From the NCBI RefSeq assembly GCF_009914755.1, contig NC_060944.1: a stretch of 64,000 nt of DNA; one strand, given 5' to 3'. This document shows positions 44,866-61,334 of the stretch, piece after piece (position 1 is the stretch's first letter; the number at the start of each line of letters is the position of its first letter). The position numbers were made by a program, and so were the translations under genes. This stretch comes from the human T2T-CHM13v2.0 reference genome, Homo sapiens. The notes beneath the pieces are model-generated. The model was not told where the DNA came from, searched no databases, and saw nothing but the letters and a program-made list of their open reading frames with translations.

Positions 44866-45630
44866 TGCTTCAAGATGGCAGATTGAACAAGTGCAATTGA
44901 TTACTAACCCTCTCTTCCAAAACCCTACAAAAACAACACTGCAAGAAATTGTAAAATGTTTAAATGTACGAAGATAAAGAGTGTGGGAGAGCAGACATAT
45001 CCCTATCCCTAAGCAGCAATACAATTTTAGAAGCTGGAAAGCACATGAATGAATGGTGGCTGACTTCGCAGACCCAGAAAGCTGAATCCTAAACTGGCAG
45101 TGAGAAAAGCCAAGAAACAGCAACCTGATTTCATGGCAGAAACTCCCCAAGGCTCAGGAATTAGTGGCACCAGATGGGGCTGAAACAGGAAGATTGGTTC
45201 AAAGTCTGATATGCAGATTCCTAGATCCTTTCTTCAACCCCAGCAGAAGATTGCATGTTTATTTTCTTGTGGAGGTAAAAGAGGGCTTCTGAATCGGGGG
45301 TGCCAGGTACAATTGAGGGCTGGGATATTCCCTGATAATAGTAGGGAAATCAGATTTAAATTTGCATACTGACTGTGAGATTCCCACCATTTTCTTCTCT
45401 TCTCTCACAACTGCTAGAATGCTTGTAACCAGAATTATTACCCTTGAGGCAGGAGAGTGGGAGACACTTTTCTCTGGGAAATATGACCAGCCTGAGAAGG
45501 CGGACCTCACAAATGGATCCAGGAGGATCACCAAACAGTGAAGCCCATAGACCACATGCCCAAGCCAAGTGCAAAGAGCTTTTGATTGGGTTTTTAATGC
45601 TTTACTCTTAAGCATGACCAGGCAACCTAA
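44866..45630 (+). mobile_element. Old L1M 5'-end-like sequence; appears to resume at ~46686-46890
   Basis: GCTTCAAGATGGCAGATTGAAC start; later ATTTGAAGAAAGGCTCCAGTGTGAAAGA and CATGAAGAAAAGGACAGGATG resemble L1M ORF1-proximal sequence. Confidence 0.5.
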
Positions 45631-45676
45631 ACACTTAAACCTAAGCCTAACCCAAACATCGAATTATCCAAGCAAC

Positions 45677-46176
45677 TATTACAGAGCAAAAGGGGCTTTC
45701 TGCCTGATGCACTAGAAGCCATTACTAAGACGCCGGGCTTTTGAGAAAAGAAAAGATTTTTATTGTAAGTTGACTAACAAGGAGACAGGAATCCAGCTCA
45801 AACCTGTCTCTCTGCGCTGGCTTTCAAGCAGTCATTTTATTAGGAAAGGTTTAGGGAGTGAGTTCTGGGATTAGCAGGTGATTGGTGGAAGAAGAGGGGA
45901 GGTCTGGACAGTCCTTGGGCATGTGCAGTTATCTTTTTATGCTACCTCATGGAGCACATGTGCAAATTTGGGGGGAGTTAGCATGAAACATGTGGCGGAA
46001 ATTCAAGCTGCGATTCAGCAAACTGGTTCTGCACAGATTCTAGTTGGCCATATTGGTTCCGTTTGATTCCAGCCAGTTTTGTTATCTCATAAGCAGAGGA
46101 AAGTTCAGCATTTCAGCAAGTTATTTCTTTTCTTATCTGTTGTTCTGTGCAAACTCAAGAATTTCTGTTAGTCATT
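45677..46176 (-). mobile_element. ERV1-class LTR (MER67/MER31-like)
   Basis: TTACAGAGCAAAAGGGGC...TTGAGAAAAGAAAAGATTTTTATTG...CAAGGAGACAGGA...GCTCAAACCTGTCTC. Confidence 0.55.
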
Positions 46177-47640
<1,464 letters not shown>

Positions 47641-49419
47641 TATTTCTAGGCGAATCCTGGAGAAGAAGCCCCAGGAAGTATGGACTGGAAGACTGGGGAG
47701 GCAGGCCCTCCAAGAAGACAGTAGCATCCCCTGATGTGGCATCCACCTTCCTCTAGTGTTTGAGATGTGGGTGCGACAAGTTGGCATTGGAAGGAAATCC
47801 CTGTCTGGCTCTTGTGCTACCGTAGACCTGGAACCCTGGAACAATGCTCTTGTCTTTAGCCCCTCTTCTGCTTTCCCATTGTTCAAGCCAAGCCTTTTCC
47901 ATTTTGCCTCTACAATGGAATCTAAGGATAGAGAATGGGATAATTGGGGATATGTGATTGTCTCCTGAATCTGAGCCTATTAATATATCCTTCTAAAGGC
48001 ATTGTTCCTACTGACCACCCCAAAGAACTGGATTCCATGAGTGTCCAGCAAGTGACTAAGATTCCAATTTAGGCCTTCTCTTCTAAGAGCCAGTACCTGG
48101 ATAAAAGGCAAAATTCAACCTGATAGTCTCTTATAGCAGTTTAGGGAACCACAACTTGTCAGGAATACAGGACAGCAGGATTTTTGTTAGGCCTCAGGTA
48201 ACACACCGCTGCCTAGGCCTTGCTGCGTCCTGGGATGCCAGAGGACTTGTTTCCTTAGCTACAATCATCATGTGACAAGAACACACAGAGATTCGGAGAT
48301 GTTGCTTAGCAACCATGCTGCACCTGCTGGGGCTCTGGGCCAGCAGCTTGGGCCAGGGAGCCTGGCTTTGAACTTGGAAACTCCCATAAGGGCTGTCAAA
48401 AGGAGGAAGACCTAATTTGGGGAGACTGTTTTGGCCCTGGGCTTTTGCAGAGATGGTAAAGGTACAGATGGAGAACTGAGGCTGAGGAAACTGGCTTTCC
48501 CATAGTAATGGAGAAGGGTGGTGGGCGTGGGAAGAGCAGGACTAGTGGGCAGAGACAGACTGTTGGGCTGATGTGGGTAGCAGTTCCCTGCCTGACCTAC
48601 CCTAGAGAAAATCCTTTTGTCTCAGAGGATGGGTGTTCAGAACCCTGAGGAGGGATATGCCTGGCTCAAGAACCAGTTCCATAGGGCTTCTTAGGGACCT
48701 GAATCAAGCCAGAGGATCTGTTCCCTAAGAGTCAGTCCAAGGAGAATTCCCTTCTGGAAGGGAGCAGAGTGCTTCACAATGGGTGACATTGGTGGTGGTC
48801 AGGGAGCGCAATGAAGTAGTATCAGAAACTGGGCTGTTCAACCACAGGGCCACTGGGGAGCTGTCCATGGTTTGGGGTAGGCTCCTCACCAGCTCTGGCT
48901 GTCTCTCTCACTCTCTGCCAGGGCCCAGTTGATTTGATAGGCTGTGGAGTCAGATTGCCTAGATTTGAATCCAACTTCCTCTCCCAGGGGAAAGGGACTA
49001 AATTTTGTGTTTCAGTTTATCTGTCTGTACAATGTGGATGGGGATCTCAAGGACTGTTGTAAGGACAAAATGAGTTAATCACACTTCTTGGCATATACTA
49101 AATGGCCAGTAAAACTATCATCACCCTCATCCCCACCCCAATCCTCACCCCCAGCAACTGGCCCAGGGGACAAAGTCTATGGCCAGGTATTCTCCAATCT
49201 TTCTTGATACCCCTGGAGCACATGGGAATAAATAATGGCGAGAATCTATACCCTCTGCATTTGCAGATGGGAGGAGCATTCCCCTCCCTGCTTGCTGAGG
49301 ATTTGAATATCCTTAACCAATTGACTTTGTTTTAGTGAACCAAGTACTCCTCCAACCCTTGATGCCCCAAATACCCTAATATCTTCACTTTGGTGCTGCT
49401 CATATTAAAATTGTACATA

Positions 49420-49625
49420 TAGCATGGCACTTTAGGAGGCAGTGAGATCATGGGTTCAGGACTTGAGCTCAAATCCCAGCTTCTGTTATATCCTAACCAC
49501 GAAATCTTGAACAAATTTTATCTCCTCTCTGAGCCTCAGTTTTCTCATCTCTAATACAGGGAAGTGATAGTACCTAACCTTCTTAGTATGAGATATGCCC
49601 AGCTCTTGATAAATGTTAGCCATGT
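49420..49625 (+). mobile_element. MIR (others at ~48940-49100, ~50280-50490, ~50990-51210)
   Basis: CTCTCTGAGCCTCAGTTTTCTCATCT...ATAGTACCTA core. Confidence 0.75.
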
Positions 49626-51504
49626 TACCAAATTTCTCTCTTTGTGGCTTTATGAACTTTATGAACTGGCTCCAAGTGAGAATGTGAGGACCAAGGGGGC
49701 TAGTAGATTCCAACTGTTCCCCTAAGGGGAGAAAGGGAGGAGTTAAAGAAGCTGATGGTTGAAGTGCCCCCCTCCTCAATACTCCAACATGGGACTGGCA
49801 GCTGCAATAGCATCTTTGTCCTCCTGTGTTTGGACACTGACTATTCTGCTATCTGGTGCTGAGGGAATCCCAGCCAGCCTGCCTTAAGCATTCTCCCTAC
49901 CCTCCACTCCAGCCAGTCCGAGGTCCCTCAACACTCCCCCTCTCTCTAAGCCATGTCAAATGCTGGCGCCTGCCCTTCCTCCTTTCTCAAATGAGCTTGT
50001 TCCCCAGATGACCCTACAGCTGCATGGTTCTAAGATTAGCTGGATCCTGCATTTGACTCTGATAATTAATTACCCAAATGGAGAAAATTGAATAGTTAAC
50101 TGGTTCACAGGAAGATAATTAGCTTTTCTGAGCCCCTGTTACAGGCAAATAAAGAGGAGGATTGTTTCTCAATTGCCTTCATTAAAGGGAGTCCCTCTCA
50201 CCCAGGAGCCCTGACCCAGAGGCCCTTGGGGGCCCTGAGGGGTTCTGTAGTGCTCCTGGTGCTTTATCTCAAAATAGAGAGGCAGCTGGTACAGTGTAGC
50301 CAGCACAGGCTTCAGACTCTAAGCAAGCTTGGGCTCAAGCTCCGCCTCTACCATGTATTACCTATGAGACCTTGGTATTGCAGTACAACCTCTCTAAGCC
50401 TCCCTTTCCTTATCTGAATATGGGAATAATGCTGTGTAACTCACAGTGGTGTTATAAGCATTAAACTACATAATGTCAGTAACATGCCCTGTTCTGCACT
50501 CATTGATAGATTTTTTCATTGATAAAGTTCTTCATAAAGTTTATTGTTCATTGATGAAGTGTTCATTGATTGGGAACCATTTTACCATGTCATGATTGTA
50601 GCTCCCATCATAGCATATGCTCCCATATCATGGAAACAAGGGAAACACATATGAAAGCCAGGAGAACAGCAAATCAAGATTAAATCGAGCATCCTATGCT
50701 GATTGGTGCAGGGTCTACACACAGGGTGGGGAAGATTCATGAAGGTCTTCTTCAGCCTGTTCAACTTGTCTTTGTACTGATATTGGCTCTGCCCTTTGAT
50801 ACTAGGCTTTCTGGGTCACCATGTGGTCACTCTTCTGTCAGCAGCAATCCCTCACCAACCCTCTCTCAAGCACAGAGACTCATCCCCACCTACTTGACTG
50901 CAGTCTTTCTAAAATTTTATTTACTCTGCCCAAGCCCAGCTCCCTGGAGTGTTTATCACTCTGACACGTTCAGCACATATAGATACGTATGTAGAGGTTA
51001 AGAGCATGGGCCCTGAGCCAGACTGCCTGAGTTCAAATTCAGCTTAGGTACCTACTCTGTTACTTACCTTGTGCCTCAGTTTCCTCATTATAAAATGAGG
51101 TTGATAACAATAGTACCTATGTCATAGAATTATTATGATTAAATAAATGTGAAGTGTTTGGAGTAGTGCCTTGTAAGTGCTCACACGTGTTATCTATTAT
51201 TATTATTCAGTTCTGAAGCTGGATTAGGACAAGGAGAGGTCTACAGATTGAGGAAAAAAGGCAGGGCCGGAGGCCTTCACCTGGCTAGTACAGGGAAGTG
51301 ATAGTACCTAACCTTCTTAGTATGGGATGTGCCCAGCTCTTGATACGTGTTAGCAATGTTACCAAATTTCTCTCTTTGTGGCCTTATGAACTTTATGAAC
51401 TGGCTCCAAGTGAGAATGTGAGGATCAAGGGGGCTAATAGATTCCAACTGGTCCCCTAAGGGGAGAAAGTGGGGAGTTAAAGAAGCTGATGGTTGAAGTG
51501 CCCC
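49551..51504 (+). repeat. Dispersed direct duplication of 220 bp (49551-49770 and 51285-51504)
   Basis: Ungapped manual alignment at offset 1734; 12 mismatches in 220. Confidence 0.95.
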
Positions 51505-51583
51505 AGCTGAGTGGACTCAGAGGCAACTGGACCCTCTCCGCAGGGACGATTAACTCCTGGGTAGCAATCTCACATTCTTTTAG

Positions 51584-52081
<498 letters not shown>

Positions 52082-52434
52082 CCATATATTCAGTTTTCAT
52101 TGTTAACTACCTGTGTTCTTTTCCAAGGCCAACATTTTACTTATTGCTAGATCCCATTCTTTCTTGCTTACTCAAGGACACTGCTCCAGCATTTTTCCCT
52201 CTCTTTCCTGAATCATCAGTTTTTTTCTCTCTACTGGAACATTCACATCAGCATAAAAACATGCTGCTATTTCTTTATTGTGGAAAAAAACAAAAGCAAA
52301 ACTCTTTATCTCACAATGATTCGAGCTACTACCTCATTGCTTTGCTTCCTTTTGTAGCAAAACCTATTGAAAGAAGTCGTTGTTGCTGTTTTTAACAATT
52401 GCTGCCTCCAATTCTTCCTCTCACATTCTTTCTT

Positions 52435-52817
52435 ATTTTCTTTCCTTTTCTTTTTTTTTTAGACGGTGTCTCACTCTGTTGCCCAGGCTGAAGAAGACCT
52501 CCATGACTCTTCCCCACCGTGTGTGTGGGAAGTGCAGTGGCATGATCACGGCTCACTGGCTCACTGTAGCCTCAACTCCCAGGCTCATGTGATCCTTGCA
52601 TCTCAGCTCTTCGAGTAGCTGGAACTACAACCACCCACCACCATGCCTGGCTAATTTATTTTATTTTGTTTTATTCTACTTTATTTTATTTTATTTTTGT
52701 AGAGACAAGGTCTCATTATGTTGCCCGGGCTCGTCTTGAACTCCTGAGCTCAAGTGATCCTCCCACCTCGGCCTGCTAAAGAACTAGGATTACAGGCGTG
52801 AGCCACCATACCTGGTC
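52435..52817 (-). mobile_element. AluJ-type SINE carrying a ~39 bp non-Alu insertion
   Basis: CCAGGCTG and AGTGCAGTGG, normally adjacent, are separated by 52491-52530. Confidence 0.88.
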
Positions 52818-54991
52818 CTCCCATCCTTTCTTGAACCCACTCCAATCAGTCTTTCACATTTACCACTCTAGCAAGACTGAATTATCAAGATCACCAATTG
52901 CCTCCATATTGCTAAATCCATGGTCAATTCTCAGTTCTCATCTTTCTTGACCACGTGGTAGAGAGAGGTTAGCTGTTCCAAGTCTCTTCTTTCTCCTGGG
53001 CACCAGCTGGATCACATTTTCCAGACTTATTTGTAGCTAGGTGTGGTGATATTGCTGGGTTCTGACCAGTGGAATGTGGGTGGAAGGGATTTATGTAACT
53101 TTCAAGCCTGACCCACAAAACCTTTCTGTGCTGGAGGTCTGCCCTCCTCTATTCACCTTTTTCCACTCTACTCCTGCCTTAGGAGCCTAACCACTAGATA
53201 CTTTATCAATGAGCCTTCTGGTTTCTGACTGGGTCAAGTCAATCAGAGGTATCTGTAGGAGACTGGGAGGAAGAAGGAGAATGAGGTCAGGGTACTTATT
53301 CCCTTGGCTTCCTCTCTTTAGGGTTGCTTTGAATTGGCCACTTCCTTTACTGAAGCTTCAGTTAGGCATCTCACCCCACATAGCTCTTCCTCTCTCCCAA
53401 TTCCACTAACCATTATTTTCTCTTGCCTCTTCAGACCCAGGGGTGGTAAAAGCTCCTACTGTCAATCATCTCTGGGTTATAGCAAATCCTTTGATAGCTT
53501 TCCTGCCCCTGCTCACACCTTTATAAGTAATCTCTTTATTAAACCTTTCTCAAATTTGAGTGTGTCCTCTGTTTCTTGCCAGACTCTAACCAATGCACCA
53601 TCCTCATCTCTCACCTCCATTTACTGGCTGGATAGAGTGACCTTGGAAGCCACAAATTGAAGATAAGGATCAACATAAGACCCTGACTGCTGTCATGGAG
53701 CAGAGAGCTGCTGTTTCCCTCCTTTCATCCTTCCCCTCTGCTGCTGAATATACTTCACATGAATGAGAAACAAAGTTAGGTTGTTGACACCACTGAGATA
53801 TGGGGATGTCTCTATTTCAGCATCTAGTTTGACTTGACTATTATAACCTCTCTGCAGCATCCTGGGCAGCTGATGATTCTTTGCTCCTGGAAACACTTTC
53901 TGTGCTTAGCATCCATGACATTGCATTATCCTGGTTTTCTTTTCACTCCAACAACTACTCTTTCTTGGTCTTCCTTGTTGGCTCTTCCTTATCTCCCCAT
54001 CTAAATGTTGAATTTCCCCAGGCTCAATCCTTGGTACTCTTCTCCATATCCAGTTACTTCCTGGTGACTTCATCCAATCCTCATGGCTTTAAACACTCCC
54101 CAGTTTAGATCTCCAACCCAGGCTTCTCCCAAGAACTTATGGCTCATACATCTAACTGCCTGCTTGACATCCTCTTTTAGGTGTCTAGTAGCATCTCAAA
54201 AAGAATACATTGAATTCCAGACTTCTTTAAAACTTGCTTATCCTGTATCTTCCCTCAAGTCAGCAAATAGCAATTCCATGCTTCTGGTTGCTCAGGCCAA
54301 AATCTTTGGAGTCATCCATGACCAATCTTTTGGTTTCTCATCCTGCATTTAATTTATAAGCAAATTCCATCAGCTTTAACTTCTAAATATACTTAGAATC
54401 TGACAAGTCTCACCACCACCTCTACCATTGGTGAGACAAGAAGTAAAAGATAAAGTGCTGTAATGGCCAATAAGACTCTACGTGATCTGATTCCATTACT
54501 TATCTGACCTCATCCCCTGCTACTCTTCCTCTCACTCCACTCCAGCCATATGGACCTCCTTGAGTTTCATGAAGCTACCAGCATACTCCAGCCCCAAGGT
54601 CTTTGCACTTGCTTTTCTCTTACCCTGGAATGTTCTGATCCCAGATAGCCATGTGGCTCATTCCTTTGACTCCTTTAGGTCTTTGCTCAAATGTCAACTT
54701 GTCAGGGAGGACTTTCCTGACCGTTCTATGGCAAACCCCTTTCCCTTATAAGACTGTCTACCCCATCTTCCTTTTTTTTTTTTTATAGCACTGATCACTA
54801 TCTGATGTGCTGTACATTTTACCTACTTATTGTCTGTCCCTTCTTGCCATGAGAATGTAGGTGCCTTAATTGTAAGGATTTCTGATTGTCATGCTCACTG
54901 CAGTATCTCTAGCACCCAGAACAATGTCTTGCACATACAAGTATTTGCTATATAAATGGATTTATTTCTCTTGAAATGTTAAAAGGGTGTC

Positions 54992-55300
54992 AGCTGGGCA
55001 CGGTGGCTCACACCTGTAATCCCAGCACTTTGGGAGGCCGAAGGGGGCGGATCACCTGAGGTCAGGAGTTCGAGACCAGCCTGGCCAACATGGCAAAACC
55101 CTGTCTCTACTAGAAGTACAAAAATTAGCCAGGCATGGTGGCAGATGCCTGTAATCCCACCTACTCAGAAGGCTGAGGCAGGAGAATCACTTGAACCAGG
55201 GAGGCGGAAGTTGCGGTGAGCCCAGATCACTCCACTGCACTCTAGCCTGGGCTACAAGAATGAGACTCTGTCTCAGAAAAAAAAAAAAAAAAAAAAAAAA
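54992..55300 (+). mobile_element. AluS-type SINE
   Basis: Full dimer with long poly(A). Confidence 0.95.
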
Positions 55301-56799
55301 AGTGTCATCTGCTTCCCAACCTTGACTTACATGATTTCAGAGCTCATTCCAATATCGCAGCCTCATGAGGCACCAGGCTTCAAGGAAAAGGGAGAAAATA
55401 TATGGAAGCAAAACCATCCTATCATATCATAGTCACCTTTATTATTACTGAATCTCAGCCTTGAACTCATTGGAATGTGAAGTCTTCTGAGAAGGAATCT
55501 CTTCCCCAAACCCTATCCAAATCTGCCTGGTTCCTCTCTCAGACACAGATCTACAGACCAGAACTTTCAGAGAACTTATCCTCTTATCTTAGCAGATATA
55601 AGACTGTCAGGGCCTTCTGTAGGGAACATACAGCAAAGGAATGGGACAAGCACAGTTACTTTTAGGACCATTTGAACTGGCTTTAGAGTGGAGTTGAAAA
55701 GCAGTTTTGAGGAAGAAATCTGTACCCCTAAGCCTCAAAGGATGGTCATTGGATCTCATTTAGCTTTGTTTCACTAGAGCAGAAACTAAGTTTCCCCCTA
55801 GGAGCCCCAAGAACATATTACTCCTCAGGTAGATATTCTGCCAATCAAAGGGTGGAAGCAGATATCCCTGGGAACTCACCTGGGAAGCCCGCATCATATA
55901 GAAGTCAGGGTAGTTCTTTACTGACTCCTAATAACGTGTTTTAAGCAGAGAAATTGTATTATTAGATTTGAAATCTAGAAAATATTACTTTGAAACACAA
56001 AAGGAAAGAAAATCATAACAAAGCAGAGGTGACTGTGGAAGCTGGTGTGAAGAATGGGTTGAAGAGAGATGAGAATGAATAGAAGGAGACCCGGAAGTTG
56101 TTTGCAGCAATTCAAATGTGTGGAGAGGGTGGATGGGGTGATCCAAGGAAAGGCAATGCAAGTGAGAATGGAGAAAAATGGGTGAGTGAATTCAAGAAAT
56201 GGTACTTTATTTTCTTTCTAAAAAGTGACCCTAATGCTATAACTCTTTATTTTACAGTTCTTTCACAGCTGTCTATGTCTTCCAGGGTAAAGCACAGTGC
56301 TTAGTATGACTCTTGCTCATTGCCATGTGTACCATAAGCTCCAGCCTTGCTGAAAGGTTTTTCGGTATCCCATAAGCACTAGGGGAGCTCAGGCCCTCAA
56401 ATATTTGCACAAAAATTCCCCTTAGGCCTGGCTGACCTTATTTCCTAATGTTCGTTCTGTGGCTTCTGCCCCTACCATTAAAATACTATCACTAAGTTTA
56501 TCAATGACGTTCCTGTTGCTAAATCAAAAACATGTTTTTGAATCCTTATCTTATTTGATCTTAGCTGAACTCAACATTTGGCCACTTCCTCCTTCTTGAA
56601 ATATATATATGTATTTTTCATTTTTATAGTATGTGCTTAGCACTATTCTGAAAGCCAGGGATAGAGTGTTGGCAAAGTAGACATTATTCTTGCCTTTAAG
56701 TAAGATGTGATGAGGTCCAATCAAGGATAGAAGTGTAGGAACACCAGCAATTGAAGGAGAGGAATAAGAAATAAGAAACATGGGCTGTTATTAGTTATC

Positions 56800-58200
<1,401 letters not shown>

Positions 58201-58239
58201 TTATATAAGCATGGGGGGAAATACGAAGGGTTATTTTAA

Positions 58240-58640
58240 TAGTATTAGATTCACCTATGAGCAAAGAAAGCCCAAAATAACAATGGCTCAAATAAGATAC
58301 GTAGTTCATTTCTCTCTCATGTTAAGCTCCGTGTTAATCTGGAGCTGATGTGGTTTCTCTCTTTCATGAAAATCTCTGGAACCCAGGCTCCTTCCAGCTT
58401 TCTGCTCTGCCATTACTAGAATGTGAACATCTTGAAAGTCCAGCCTGCACAGTTTCATCCTCAGACTTCACGTTCCATGTAGCAGGTTAGAGAAAGAGGA
58501 AGGAGAAAGGGTATATGTAAATTGTCTCTTAAAGATTTCTGGATGCGCAACAAAATGCTCCCATTGGTCAGAACTTAGTCACATGAACACATCTAGCTGC
58601 AAAGGAGAATGGGAAATGTAGTCTTTATTCTGTGTGGCTA
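58240..58640 (-). mobile_element. Old MLT1-family LTR
   Basis: CCCATTGGTCAGAACTTAGTCACATG...CTAGCTGCAAAGGAGAATGGGAAATGTAGTCTTT. Confidence 0.7.
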
Positions 58641-58689
58641 TGATCCCACCCAAAAATTTCGTGACGCTTTGCACGCATGCATTCTTGTA

Positions 58690-59800
58690 GACAACTTAAG
58701 AATCAGTCTTTCAAGTTCCAAAAATAATCCCCTGGGTAGTTTGACTGCAACTGTATTAAATCCATAAAGTGATTCAGGGAAAGCTAACATATTTATACCA
58801 TGTAATGTGGTATACCTCTCCAACTTTTTATCTTGTTTGGAATATTTTAGAATTTTCTTCATGTAAGTTTTCTGTATTTCTGGTCATAGTTACACACAGT
58901 TATTTACAGTTATTGTTGCAATTATGAATGGAAGTTCTTTTTAGTACAATTTACTAAGTGGCTATTTTTGGAATATAAGAAAGTCATAGATTTATATTTC
59001 TTGTATTGAACCAATTTATTGACCTTTCTTATTAATTTCAGTAATATTTTCTGTTGGGTTTCATGGATTTTCTAAGAAGAAAAGACTGTAGCCTGAAAAT
59101 ACAAATAATTTGCTGTTTCTTTTAATATGTATTTCCTTTGTTTTTTTCTTACCTAATGGCACTGTTCTGAGACTCCAGAAACATTTTGATTAATGGCAAT
59201 AATAGTGAGCATCCCATTTAATAGAAACGCCTCCAGTATTTGTTTAATGTTTTACCATTAAGTTTGCTGCTTGTGGCTTCTGATTTTAAAAAGTGTCCCT
59301 GGGCCCTCTGTTCTTTGCTTAGTAAGGTGTTTATCATTATTTTTGTCATCACTGTCATTATTATCATCATCTGAAATGGAGGTTATACTCTAATTAATGC
59401 ATTTGGGCATATATTGAGATGATCATATGGTTTTTTTCCTTTCACTATCTGATGTATTACAGGATGCTTAGTTCAACAAAGATTTCTTAATGTTGAACCA
59501 ATCATTCTTCCTGAAATAAACACTACTTGGTCATGGTACATAACTCTTTTAATATACTGCTTGGTATGACTTACTAATATTTTATTTAAGACTTTCATAC
59601 CAGCAAGTGCTTGGTTAGATTTTTGCATTATAAAATGAAATTGGATCTTTTTTGATGCTAGTTTAAATATCTAGTTTAAACAACATACAAATGGTATTTT
59701 TAATAAGATTTCCTAGAACCTACTCATAAAACCATCTGGGGCAGAATTACCTAGGGGCATAGATTATTTACATTTTCAGTTTTATCAATGGATTTTAGTA
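58690..59800 (-). mobile_element. Old L1M ORF2 fragments
   Basis: TATTGAGATGATCATATGGTTTTT...AATGTTGAACCA...CTTGGTCATGGTA pattern. Confidence 0.7.
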
Positions 59801-59807
59801 TAGGTTC

Positions 59808-60116
59808 CTTTTGTTTTGTTTTAGTTTTTAGAGGTATGTACTTGCTCTGTTACTCAGGCTGGGGTACAGGGGCACTATGATAGCTCACTGTAGCCTCAAA
59901 CTCCTGGGCTCAAGGGATCTTCCTGGCCCAGCCTCCCAAGCACCTAGGACTGCAGGTGCTTGCCATTATGCCCGGCTGATTTTTTAAAACATGTTTTGTA
60001 GAGACAGGGTCTCTTTGTGTTACCCAGGCTGGTCTTGAACTCCTGGCTTCAAGAGATCCTGCCACCTCGGCCTCCCAAATTGCTGGGATTACAGGCATGA
60101 GCTACTGCATCTAGCC
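59808..60116 (-). mobile_element. AluJ-type SINE
   Basis: Diverged antisense dimer. Confidence 0.9.
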
Positions 60117-60509
60117 TATATAGGTTTCTTAGAATCAATTTTAGGAGCTTATATTTTTATGGGATACCATTCATTTTAGGTAAATGTTCAGGTATATTAA
60201 CATCAATTTTAACATAAAATTTTCAAATAGCTTAATTATTCTTAATATGTGGAGATAAAGACCCTACTCCTGAGCCCTGGCATTGTGTTACTTGTGATTT
60301 ATTTCTTAATTTTTGCTTATGCTTAACAGTAGTTTTTCCTTTTCTTCTTCATTTTCGTCTTTTTAAAGAAGAAGCTTAGTTTTATTTATCAAGTCTGGTT
60401 ATTTTGACATCTTAGCTTTTATCTTTAATAATTCCTTTCTCCTAAAATATCGATGGTCTACCCTCATACTTATTGATAGCTTTGCTAAGAGAATTCTAGT
60501 TCAAAATTT

Positions 60510-60960
60510 TTTTACAAAGAAATAAAAAAGTCATTGCTCTATTATAATAAGAAATGAGATAAAATTGTTCATATCAACAATGTGTTACATACCCAGCGCT
60601 GTTGAGTGTGTGAGTAAAAGCCACTTTCAGACACCACTACTGAGAATGCATGTTGGTACAACCATCTGGCAGGCAATTTGACAATATGTATGAACACTTA
60701 AAATGGGTATACATTTGAACAAAAAATTGTACTTCTAGCAATTTACACTTGGGAAATTAACTAGATCAGCAAACAAAGATGTATTTACAAGGATAGCCTT
60801 TAGAGTATTATTTCTAGTGGTTAAAATTGGGAGATGGATTGAATAAATGATGGCATAGCCATATAATAAAATACTACACAGTCATGAAAAAGAATGTGAT
60901 AGGTGATGTTTTAAGTTGATATCAAACAGCTGGTTAAACCACAGAAAATATGATTCCATT
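60510..60960 (+). mobile_element. Old L1M 3' fragments (more at ~63260-63520)
   Basis: TTGGTACAACCATCTGGCAGGCAATTTGACAATAT...GAATAAATGATGGCATAGCCATA. Confidence 0.6.
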
Positions 60961-61334
60961 TATGTAATTATATTACATATAATCTGGAAGTGTGAAGTGT
61001 GGCTATTTCTGGAGACAGGCAGTAGATCTTTAACATTCACCATTTTGTGTCATTCTTTCAATAAATATGCCTTATCAGAAAAAAATAATTTTCAGGAAAG
61101 AATTCCAGCTGCTTACACATTCTGGATTATATACCATAAGGATTTATTACATGCTATGCTGGGTAGCAGAAGCGATGAGGAAAGGGAGGGTTAGTAGGGT
61201 TCTACACTTGGATGGTGAAGAGAAGGTAATGTTTTTGCCTAGAGAACGTAGAGGATTGATGAAAGTTTCTTCCCCCTCACCAGGTAGTAGACACTTCAAG
61301 AGATAGGGGAGGAGTCCCCTGGAAACCGAACAAG

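Noticed and set aside
45625-45660. CCTAA-rich stretch resembling telomeric repeat at the L1/LTR junction
   Set aside because: No intact tandem CCCTAA units; too short and degenerate to call.
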